Shown here one piece after another: positions 24,961 to 39,643 of a stretch of 64,000 bases of DNA. This DNA comes from Octopus vulgaris (lineage: Eukaryota), in assembly GCA_951406725.2 (NCBI GenBank), contig OX597838.1:15562001-15626000 (forward strand), in the 5' to 3' direction. Made by a program: the position numbers and the translations under genes. Position 1 is the stretch's first letter; each line of letters starts with the position of its first letter. The notes under the pieces were generated by a model. That model ran no database searches. It was not told where the DNA came from and saw only the letters and a program-made list of their open reading frames with translations.

Positions 24961-27289
24961 ATAGAGAGATGTAGAGAAGAAAGTGAGAGGAGGGTGAAAT
25001 GAAATAAAAGTATAAATTATATAAAAATTGTGAAAAGCATCTTTGGTACAGGGAAATCTCCAGTGAGGGCCTGTCAAGAAACCCCACAAATCCAGGATTA
25101 CTTCAATCACCAAGGACTTAAGCCCATGCCCAACTGTGGTTCTCTAATCTGCAGGCATATGCATAGAGTAGAGAGCCATTCTCTCTAACCATTTTAGCCA
25201 GTCATTTTGATGAATTCACTGGGAGAGGGCACCTCCAGCCTCAACTTTCCAAGTTGCTGAGGGATTGATTGAAAAGGAAAGCATATTTCCTCAATCCTTT
25301 CAGCCTCATGCACCACACAACCTTTCTTTGCCATAGCCACTACATAGAGGAACGTTGGCTGCCCTGCTTTGTTAAAACATGGTTAATGGAACAATCCTCA
25401 TGATGGACTTGGCCAATAGTCATATTTGTCATTCATGCTACAACAGCTGTTCGGTATAACTCCTCAAGTGAACAATGCTCAGACACTGCACAATTGCATA
25501 CAGTGTAGGCACAGGTGTGATAGTGTGGTAAGGCGGCGAGCTGGCAGAAACGTTAGCACGCCGGGCGAAATGTGTAGCCGTATTTTGTCTGCCGTAACGT
25601 TCTGAGTTCAAATTCCGCCAAGGTCGACTTTGCCTTTCATCCTTTCGGGGTCAGTAAATTAAGTACCAGTTACGCACTGGGGTCGATCTAATCGACTTAA
25701 TCCCTTGTTTGTCCCCTCTATGTTTAGCCCCTTGTGGGCAATAAAAAAAATTAGAAGCTTGCCTCCCAACCACATGGTTCTGTGTCTAGTCTCACTGCAT
25801 GGCTCCTTGGGCCAGTGTATTCTGCTATAGCCTTGGGCTGACCACAGCCTTGTGAGTGGATTTGCTAGATGGAAACTGAAAGAAGTCCGTCATACACACA
25901 CACAAATATACATATATCTGTGTGTGTTTGTCTGGCACCATCACTTGACAACTGGCATTGGTGTATTTATGTCCCTGTAACTTAGCAGTTTAGCGAAAGA
26001 AACCGATAGAAAAAGTACTAGGTTTTATAAAATATATCCTTGGCTTGATTTGTTTGACAAAACCCTTCAGTGCAGTACCCCAGCATGGCTGCAGTCAAAT
26101 GACTAAAAAGAAATAAAAAAGCATATTTTGAGCAGTCCTAGCTAAGAGCTACCAGAAACGTTAGCACGCCGGGCGAAATGCGTAGCCGTATTTCGTCTGT
26201 CATTACGTTCTGAGTTCAAATTCCGCCGAGGTTGACTTTGCCTTTCATCCTTTCGGGGTCGAAAAAATTAAGTACCAGTTACGCACTGGGGTCGATGTAA
26301 TCGACTTAATCCCTTTGTCTGTCCTTGTTTGTTCCCTCTGTGTTTAGCCCCTTGTGGGCAGTAAAGAAATATATATAGGACCATTGATTGTTTTAATTTT
26401 GTGAATGGCCAGACGAAATGTCTTGCAATATTTAATTATGTCCCTTTGTACTCTGAATTAAAATCTAACCATGGGCAACTTTACCTTTATTCTTCTGTGG
26501 TTGATAAATTACGTACCAGTCATGTATTGAGGTCAGTCTGATCAGCTCTTCCCTATACTCCAAATTTGCGTCTATATTAGAAATTTATTTATTTTCATTC
26601 TTCTGGTACGTAAGGGAGACAACTCCAGACATGTAATTTACACCTAGTTGCTGATGTTAGTCTCCAATTCTATCAATAGTCAATAGCAGTCAGCTGTTAA
26701 TAGTCTCACCAATACATATATAAGGGTGGTTTAAAGGTGATAACAAGCTGGAGTAGTGGGGGAGCATCATAGTGATGTGTTGAGAGAGATTCTTTGCGAT
26801 TTGAATAATCTCGCCCACTGGCTGTCGACAGTCAATAACAGTTGTATTCTGTACCAATCGGTAATTAGTAGCAGTTCCTCCCATTAGCTGTCAGCAGTCG
26901 ATAGCAGTTCCACCTTGTTGCAGACAGCAGTCAATAGCACTTCCACTCTGCAGCAGTCAGGTTTTTCTGACCTCCTCATTGACTTCACTGTATTGGGAAA
27001 AATAATGATGAATAAATCATTAAGGAAATATATGCACCACCAGTGGAGCAAAATGTAATTACTCAACCTGCTTGAATTTGCAGCCAGATCCCTCCCAGAT
27101 CTCACCAAGCCATCTGAAAAAGGCAAGATTATTCAGTTTTAGATAGAATTATTTGGAAAAGGCAAGTTTTTATGGTCAAAGCTTTGGTCATCATATGTCC
27201 TTAGTCAGAAATGACATCAGGTTAAACACTGATCTTGTTTTAGTCATTAACTGCAGCCATGCTGGGGCACTGCCTTGAAGGACTTTAGT

Positions 27290-27655
27290 TAGTTAGTTAG
27301 TTAGTTAATTTTTTGGCTCAAAAAGCAGAAAGCAAGGCCATGTAGGGGGACATGGAGTTATGTACAGGGTGGTGTTCATGTAAAGAGTTCAGGCCACTTG
27401 AGGTCAAGGGAGACTTTGAACAAAGCAGTCGTCGGCATCTTCACCATCCCGTCTGGCAGCTTGTTCCACGGATCTGCAACCCGGACGGAGAAAGCCCCTC
27501 TCCTTCGATTGAGATGAAATCTTCGCAGATAGAGCTTTTCGGAATGACCCCGCAGCCGACGCTCTGGAGCAGGAGTGAAGAACAGCTCTTTCGAGAGGTT
27601 ACACTTTCCGCTTATGATGTTGTGCGCAAGAATGAGATCACCACGGTGGCAGCGT
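27290..27655 (-). mobile_element. CR1 LINE 3' end nested in an antisense SINE tail
   Basis: Minus frame RGDLILAHNII..RLRGHSEKL..AFSVRVADPWNKLP..LFK; (TAAC)n tail; tttagt on both sides. Confidence 0.9.
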
Positions 27656-27895
27656 TTTAGTCAAACAAATTGACTCCGTCAGTCTCTTTTGCCAAACCGC
27701 TGAGTTATAGATACAATTTGAATAAATAAGTATTACATTTGACAAAATAATCTGAATTAAACTGTTGATAAAAATAAATATAACTCTTGTGAGCTATGTT
27801 GAATGCTCTTTGTTTTTTTTTTCTTTTTTTCTGTTTGTGCAACTAATATATAATTTGATTAAACTATTTCCCTTTCTCTCTTCCATCCTCTGCAG

Positions 27896-28065
27896 GTCAC
27901 GACTGTTCGATCCGACTGTGGAATTTAGATAGTAAAACTTGTGTGCAGGAGATCACGTCTCATCGTAAGAAGTTTGACGAGTCGATACATGATGTAGCCT
28001 TTCACCCCTCTAAACCTTACATTGCTAGTGCCGGCGCAGATGCTGTTGCCAAGGTGTTTGTATGA
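27896..28065 (+). CDS. STRN3: Striatin terminal coding exon (SHDCSIRLWNLDSKTCVQEITSHRKKFDESIHDVAFHPSKPYIASAGADAVAKVFV*)
   Basis: tgcag acceptor; TGA at 28063-28065; the AKVFV end is typical of striatins. Confidence 0.97.
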
Positions 28066-31600
<3,535 letters not shown>

Positions 31601-31625
31601 GGCACCCTAGAACAAGATATTGGTT

Positions 31626-31848
31626 TTAACACTTTAGGATTTTAACATATCCTGCCCTAATATTCCACCTGTTTTATGTCCAAACCAGCCAGATCCAGCC
31701 TCTCACACATATCCTATAATGTCATTCTAAAAATGTACAACCATTTCATTGCAATCTTGAAGTTAGGAGATAATTCAGAATCAATTCAAAACCATGTGAA
31801 TAAATAGGCATTGCACTTGACAGGTTAATCTGATTGTTAAAGGGTTAA
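31626..31848 (-). mobile_element. TTAA-flanked piggyBac-like MITE (also ~32985-33188, 61449-61665, 62849-63018)
   Basis: TTAAC.CTTTAG..AAAGGGTTAA ends and a shared interior. Confidence 0.75.
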
Positions 31849-32664
31849 GCTAAGCAACAAATTTACATCTAAGATCCAAGATGGTCAACAAAGTAATCAT
31901 AGGGACTCACAGATTGTTTTACATCAGCTTTCAGATGTTGTACACTTTTGGATATGTTGCCTTATGCATAATGCATTGTTCAAGTAATTGTCTGTGTAAA
32001 AGCATTGTGTCAAAGCCAGATTATGTTGTGTTTATTTGACCACCTGATATATACTGAGACCATGTGATTTAATCATTTCCTTATCAACCTTCCTCAGGTG
32101 TCCCCACCTCCCCAGTTCAACAATATAATACCTGCTTCTTTTAAAGCATCCATCTTTAAACCAAAACCCTCTGTCAATTTTAGATTAGAAACTTTTTGTT
32201 GCATTACAAAGACCAATTTTAATAATGACAAAGTGAACTTTTTTTTTTAAAATCAAATCCTCTCAATGATTTATTTTTCAACATGAATTGTAGCACAGAA
32301 GTATGTTTATGTATTTTTGCATGATTCCTGATGTGAAATCATGTTTTGAAACATTGTTAATTTGGGGATGGTCTTTTTTTTTTGTTGTTGTTTTCCTTCT
32401 CTCATTCTGTCTTTGTCATCTTATGTAGTGCGGTGGAGGACAACTAAAGGCAAAGGATAAAGGAAAACAAAAATGGACACAGATACAGTAGAATACATAA
32501 ACCCACATACATAGACTCACGTACACACGACACACATACTTACGATGGAATGAGAAGGAAATAGGTAAATAAACGAATTAAAAAACAACTGAACAAAACA
32601 TGGGTACAGTATAGTAAGCAAACCCCATATACATGCACCCAAAACACACTACACATATACACTT

Positions 32665-32699
<35 letters not shown>

Positions 32700-33271
32700 A
32701 CAGATGCAAACACATCTGCAGATAACAATGCATATGACAGAAAGACAGAATGAATTAAACAGAACAGGAAGAAACACGTGGGGTGGAGAGTTGCTGAAGA
32801 GGTCACAGGGTGTGTGACAAAAGATTTCAGACAAAGGACACTAAAATAAGAAGAATAACAAGGCTGAAGTGATGAACGAATGTATAGTGCATATGGTTAA
32901 TTGGAGTGGGGGGATGACCATCCCCAAATATGACAAAGGTAGTTTGTTTCATAAGCACCATGATTGAAGAAAAGGTTAGCCTGTTATCATTTAAAACCAC
33001 CATATCCAATCAAAATCTTCTAGCCATCCAGATCTGACCTCTCACACCAACCCTACAATGTCATTCTAAATATAAACAGTAATCTCAACAAGATCTCAAG
33101 GGTACAAGATAATGCATGATTAATCCTAAACAACATGAATTAATAAATATTACATTTGATAGAGTGATGTAAATGCTTAAAGGGTTTTATGCTCTGCCAG
33201 GAGCATAGCTCTGGTTGTGTACTGTGTCACAAAGCTATCTCTATATATATATATATATATATATACACGTA

Positions 33272-33572
33272 GAGGCGCAATGGCCCAGTGTTTAGGGCAG
33301 CGGACTCGCATTCGTGGGATCGCGGCTTCAATTCCCAGACCGGGCGTTGTGAGTGTTTATTGAGCGAAAACACCTGAAACTCCACGAGGCTCCGGCAGGG
33401 GATGGTGGTGATCCCTGCTGTATTCTTTCGCCGCAACTTTCTCTCGCTCCTCCTCTCGGCCTGCTCACTTAGCCAGCGGGGTGGCATCATTTGAAGGCTA
33501 AAACAATGCGAAGCGCATTGTGACCAGCGATGTGTAACAACATCTGATAGCCTGGTCGGTCACGTGATCACA

Positions 33573-33575
<3 letters not shown>
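33272..33575 (+). mobile_element. tRNA-derived SINE inserted in (TA)n
   Basis: ggcgcaatggcccagtgtttaggg A box, ggcttcaattccc B box. Confidence 0.85.
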
Positions 33576-33616
<41 letters not shown>

Positions 33617-33619
<3 letters not shown>

Positions 33620-34851
33620 GAGAATGGGAGTTTTTGAAAAATTCACAAAATCATTAATTTTAGCTGCAAACAAATTGACATCGATGTGTTCATATTGAAC
33701 AAAATCAAGTGTGAGAAACAACATCCATCATGTGGTGTCCGTTTTCATGGATGCATTTCTGAAGGCGTTCTTGGAAGTTGGTCTCCACTCTCTCCAGCAT
33801 TGCTCTGTCGATTTGGACGACTTCCACGCGAATAGCTTCCTTCAAATTGTTCAGTGTATGGGGCTTATGCGCGTACACACGTACTTTTAGGTTTCCCCAC
33901 AAATAATCATACATGGACAAATCAGAGGACCGAGGGGGGTTAAGGAATGTCAGCAAACCTGGAAATGAGGCGGTCACCAAAGATAAGGCGAAGAACGTCC
34001 ACTGATGCTCTGGCTGTGTGGGCCGTCACTCCATCCTGTTGAAACCATACACGTCAGATAGGCACACATTTTCGTTGTAATTCAGGCACAAAGTTCTTTA
34101 CGTCGATGTAACGTTCGGAGTTCACAGCAACAAAATTTTCGTTATTGTCTTCAAAAAAGTAAGGACCAATGACAGCAGACCGTCACTTTTGGGCTGTGCA
34201 GATCTTTCGAGTTTTCAAGAACCTGTTAACGACAGTTCTATTGATTCACTATGCCACAGATGAAAATGAGCTTCATCACTCATTAACAAAATGGGGTGGT
34301 CATTTGCCTCATAATTGCTTTCATCTGACATATGCGAAGTTAATCCGCTGTACATAGTCCCATAGTTTCAGCTGCTGCCCGGTGACCTGGAAACACAGGT
34401 CTTCATGCAAATACGTCTTACCGATGTCAAATTCAGTGGAATGCTCTTGAACAGAGCGATTCAGTCTCCGTATCAAAGCTTGTCTGACGCGTTCCATATT
34501 TTCCAGGACCCGTACCATTCATGGTGCGCTCCCACCAGTATCCTATTCCTTAGTGTATCTTGTGTACGAAGTGCATTCCCCAATGTAAGATCGTGTTACG
34601 GGTAGGAACAGCCTGATTTCGGTGAATGTTGAAGTGGAACCGAAACACACTGAACTGCTGTGAAAGACTCATAATATTTCACGTAACTTATGTAGACAAA
34701 CACGCGATGCTATGTCGTCCACAGTGCCATAGCTTCACCTGAAAAGACAAAAAGAAATGCTAAAACACCACAGACCGAATGGTACCTGTGGTACATATGT
34801 CCCCCCACCCTGGGGCTGAGTAATAGCCATTTCAAAAACGTCAATTTTGTA
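33617..34851 (-). mobile_element. Defective Tc1/mariner transposon (rosa/DD41D-like)
   Basis: Fragments MSDEAHFHL, WFQQDGVTAH, PPRSSDL..DYLWGNLK, C...NGHH; ATG at 34730; frameshifts and stops; degenerate gtttttgaaa TIRs. Confidence 0.85.
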
Positions 34852-35329
34852 GTTCAAAAATTGCGATTTATGACAAAATGTCCTTTAGAATTAGCCAGAG
34901 CTAATGATGACAAACTTTAACTACTAAATATTGTTAAAAACACTTCTGCAAATGCAATGTACATAAGCAATTCACTTTACATACAACAAACAACCGGAAG
35001 TGAAACAGTTTTTAGCAGACCCCCAAATGGGCTCATGGCACGCAATGGGTTAATATAATTTAAGCTTAATCTCTCCCTCCGTAAATGCTCATGACTCTAA
35101 CGGAAATATGGATTACTTTGTGCTCAAAGCAGGTCATAAGTGATCCAAGAGTACAAGTCATTGACAAAAATGAATTAAGATACAATAGGTGCAGGAGTGG
35201 CTGTGTGGTAAGTAGCTTGTTCAGTCCCACTGCGTGGCACCTTGGGCAAGTGTCTTCTACTATAGCCTCAGGCCGACCGAAGCCTAGTGAGTGGATTTGG
35301 TAGACGGAAACCGAAAGAAGCCCGTCGTA

Positions 35330-35368
<39 letters not shown>

Positions 35369-35827
35369 GTGTGTGTCTGTGCTTGTCCCTCCGACATCGC
35401 TTGACAACCGATGCTGGTGGGTTTACGTCCCCGTAACTTAGTGGTTCGGCAAAAAGAGACTGATAGAATAAGTACTAGGCTTACAAAGAATAAGTCCTGG
35501 GGTCGATTTGCTCGCCTAAAGGCGGTGCTCCAGCATGGCCGCAGTCAAATGACTGAAACAAGGTAAAAGAATAAAAAAAAAGAATACCCTGTTCTTAAAT
35601 TGAGCGATTTTGAAACAACTAGTATCGTGAGCTGGCTTTTCTGTACTTGTACACTAAAATGAGAGAAATAGACAAACACAAAGGAAATCTTGCTAACAAC
35701 AATTTTGCTCTGATAATAGGGTGTGTTTTATTTCCGCTCTCTTGAGCTGAACTATGGAGAAGACGTAAAAGAGAGAGAAAGCAGTTGCTTGAACCAGATA
35801 TTTTGCAGCGTGTTACATCTTATATGC

Positions 35828-36090
35828 GATCCTTCCTCATAAGGAAGGAACAAACTGCCGGCATCAGTTGTTAGTTGTCGGAGCACTGCATCCTTCAAAA
35901 CTTCCATGCTTCCTGAGATTCGCCAACCCTACACCTGATTTTCTCCTCTCCATACACACACAAGCATGTATCTGACTCATACATTGTTCGCTTTTCAGAC
36001 ATTTGTACATTACTGCATATACTTTATACGCACTTTCTGACAAGTTGTGGTGCACCTGAGCACTGTATACAGTGATTTCATTGTTATAAA
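35828..36090 (+). mobile_element. CR1-type LINE 3' fragment
   Basis: NKLPASVVSCRSTASFK..* followed by a UTR-like tail. Confidence 0.65.
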
Positions 36091-37275
36091 TGTGATCTGC
36101 TGGAGGATTTCCATCCACAGAGGATGTTTAGGGAGTAACGATGGGAGAGCTGAAATGCTAGTTAGCCAAAGTTCAAAACCCTTGTCACAACATAAAATAT
36201 TAAGGTATTGAAGTAACTTATTGACTATATGGTTATGAGTTCAAATTTACAGATATAGTTTTGCGATCTATTAACAAGGTATATAAATATGTTTGCTAAC
36301 AAGACAACTTTACGTCATGATGGTCATATGACCTATTAAAAATGTGTGTGTGCATCTATTTTCTAGTTTTTCTCCCTGTTTATTTCTGTGTTCCTTTCCG
36401 TTGAAGAGCATAGGCTCGAAACGTAAAAGACTTCCTCACTTCCCGAGCGTTAAACTAATACATTTGTTTGTTTATACACCCGTCTTCACCTTTTTTTTCT
36501 TTGAAATTCTCACTATATGTATGTGTTTATATATATATATATATATATTAAACGGGGAGGGGTAACATCAATGGCGTGGAGAGGGGAGGCTGGTATGCTA
36601 GTCTTCCATAGAACAACCTTCCCGGACATGTGCCTTGGAAGGGAACTTTCTTGGTGCAATCCCATGGTCATTCACGACCGAAAGGGGGTCTCTGTACCCC
36701 ATTTATGCGTGTGAGGTACTTGGAATTCCTGCACCAGTGGATTTTCAATTTTACCAAGTTTGAGTTGAAGCGCGTAGGCAGATAAGAGTTCATGTTGAAT
36801 ACTGCTTTCAGCCCAATCATAGCCTACACTACTGTGTGTGCAAGAATTTAGAACTTGAAGGATGTTGCAAATACTAAAATAACATTTTCTAGCATGCTAC
36901 ATATTGACAGAAGTATAATTGTGTAAGTGTTTTAAGAACACGAAAAATAGTAACATGCATAATTTCTTAATCTTATAAATTTTATAGAATTATCTCCCTT
37001 ATGTTCTGAGTCGACGATAATAATTGGGACGTTTTTCCAAAGGTTCCGGTATTTTTATGGAGATATTCTCGGACAGAGAAAAATTTATTCCCAATAATTA
37101 TTGTAAATTTTATGCTAAAGTTATAATGATTTAATTTTTATATTTGAAATCAACTTTTTATATTTGCGATAGTATTTTTCAGGGGAGATAACTATTACGC
37201 GTTCTATTGACAAATCCTGTAAGATTAATTACTATATAGAAGTTGAATAGATTATATATTTGCATTTATAATAGA

Positions 37276-37653
37276 TTAGCAGTATCGCCCGGCGTTGCTC
37301 GGATTTGTAAGGGAAATAACTATATAAGCATTTTTAGAGATGTAAAGTATAATAGCCATCTCAATATGGCTAACCACAAAGGGGGGGTGTTACTGTAGCT
37401 TTTTACGTTCTGAGATTTAATAATACATTTTTAGAGAGTTACTTCCCTTATATATGCCAAAAATGCATTAAAATAGGAAAAATTGATGGTAATTTTTTTT
37501 TATCGTAGACTCATCGTAGACGCGCGCTAATACCCAGAATCTCGACTATAAGATACCCGGTTTTGGTTAAACTGCACCGCAAAATGTGGGAGTAGTTAGG
37601 AATCTAAATCGTAGGAGACAGACAGCACACAACCTCACTTTTATATATAAAGA
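37276..37653 (-). mobile_element. Non-autonomous Helitron
   Basis: Minus strand starts TCTTTATATATAAAA and ends with hairpin ccgagcaacgccggg plus CTAA. Confidence 0.8.
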
Positions 37654-37956
37654 AAATTATATTTTTTGCGACCCATTTTTAAGCGTGCGCGTCTGAAGGT
37701 GTTGTGAGGAGATATGGGGCTATAGCATTCATGAACCTCTGAAGTTGACCTGCAATTATGTTATCAAAAGCAAATTCGATATCAACTGGTTTTGAACTCA
37801 GAACACTAAGAAACGTAATTAAATACTGCAGAATATAGAGAAAAAAACCCTTTGCATTTGTTACGGTAATGGCATTCAACAATTAGTAACGTTACTTCCC
37901 ATTACACGTATATTGCACGTGGTTGCTCTCCCTGTTGGAAATAGCAGTCAAATTTC

Positions 37957-38773
37957 GGCGGAATTTTGGTTTAAGTACCCCATATAACCCCCCTGATAAC
38001 TTAGGGCTAGGGTTAGGGGTGGGGGGAAAGGTATATTTTTTTCTTCAGAAATGTAAATAAACCCAATCTGTGTCTTAAACGAGGGACATATTCATACGGC
38101 ACAGAATGTTTTCACCTCAATAGACGGTCATTGATTGGTTGAAATTGCCGAAATACAAGAAATTAAAGACCAAATATCTTACAAACTATAGAATTTTCAC
38201 AATAAAGCCAAGAGAAAAAGACGTTTTATAAACACATTCTACCAGTATACGAAGTTTAACATTTTTTAGTTTCCTAAAAATTATGGTAAAAACTGCCGTT
38301 CAAACCGAAAAGATCCCTTTTTAAAAATATTTTTTGCGTTCTACACACGGGAATTCAAACGATTATGCAAAAATTTCTTTTCTCTCAAAAATTTAAACCC
38401 CCACAAATCCTAAAAGTTACACTCTTTTTCGATATTTCTTAAAGATCAATTTTTAAAATAAGGACAGTCTGAATTTTTTGCTTAAATCCCAGCAATGGAC
38501 CACTCTTGGGTGCATCATCATTCCATTAAATGTGTTTATAGGGAGAAAAATATTGAAAATCAGCAACGTATGTCAGAGTGACAAAGAAAAAAAAAGGAAG
38601 ATATCAGGTGGTCGTGAGATGTGCTAAAAATAATAGCTAAATCACATAATTTTTTTTTCATGATCGTATGAATTCCCGCGTGAGAACACAAATTCGCAAA
38701 AATTTTCCGATAATTCCAAAAAATCAAAAAAAATCATGAGGGGTTATATGGGGTACTTAAACCAGAATTCCGC
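37957..38773. mobile_element. TIR element (MULE-like MITE) with a nested ~320-bp insert
   Basis: ~33-bp TIR gcggaatt.tggtttaagtaccccatataacccc; flanks tcaaatttc / tcaaactttc look like a ~9-bp TSD. Confidence 0.8.
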
Positions 38774-39004
38774 TCAAACTTTCTTCAGACTATACTTGAC
38801 AATCTTAACAGAAAAAAGTAGGACACATTGTGCAATGTAGTCATAGTTATAGTTTCTGAATTAGACACAAGGCCAGGAATTTTGAGGAGATAGGGGGAAG
38901 TCGATACCTTAGACTAGTATCTTATTTTATTGCTCACGGAGGGATAAAATACAATATTGACATCTGTGAGTTTTGAACTCAAAACTGCGACAAATGCTGC
39001 AAAG

Positions 39005-39048
<44 letters not shown>

Positions 39049-39643
39049 CGCTCTAACGATTATTGTCCGTTCACTGTCTTCAGGTGGTTCTAGCTACAGT
39101 AAAAAGCGGACTGATCACAACTGGAATAACTTTGACATCAGGTGAGTCCTCTTTGTGTTAAAACGCATGGAACAACAACTAGATATTGATTTCTCAATGA
39201 GGCATGAGGATTGACATTTTAAGAAAGATTAAGGTAACAAGCTGGCAGAAACGTTAGAATACTGGGCGAAATGCTTAGAGGTATTTTTTCTGCCGTTTCG
39301 TCTGAGTTCAAATTCCGCCGAGATCGACTTTGCCTTTCGTCCTTTCGGAGTCGATAAATTAAGTACTAGTTACGCACTGCGGTCGATATAATCGACTTAA
39401 TCGCTTTGTCTGTCCTTGTTTGTCCCCTCTATGTTTAGCCCCTTGTGGGCAGTAAAGAAATAAGAAACGTTAGAACACCGGGCAAATCCCTAGCGGCATT
39501 TCGTCCGTCACTACCGCCTGAGTTCAAATTTCGCCTAGGTTAATTTTGCCTTCCATCCTTTCGGAGTCGTCGATAAAATAAGTATCAGTTGAGCACTGGA
39601 GTCCATCGACTTACCCCTTATGCCAAAATTTGAAATCATTCTA

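Noticed and set aside
33272-33345. tRNA gene
   Set aside because: It is a SINE head that continues into the SINE body, with no full cloverleaf or terminator.
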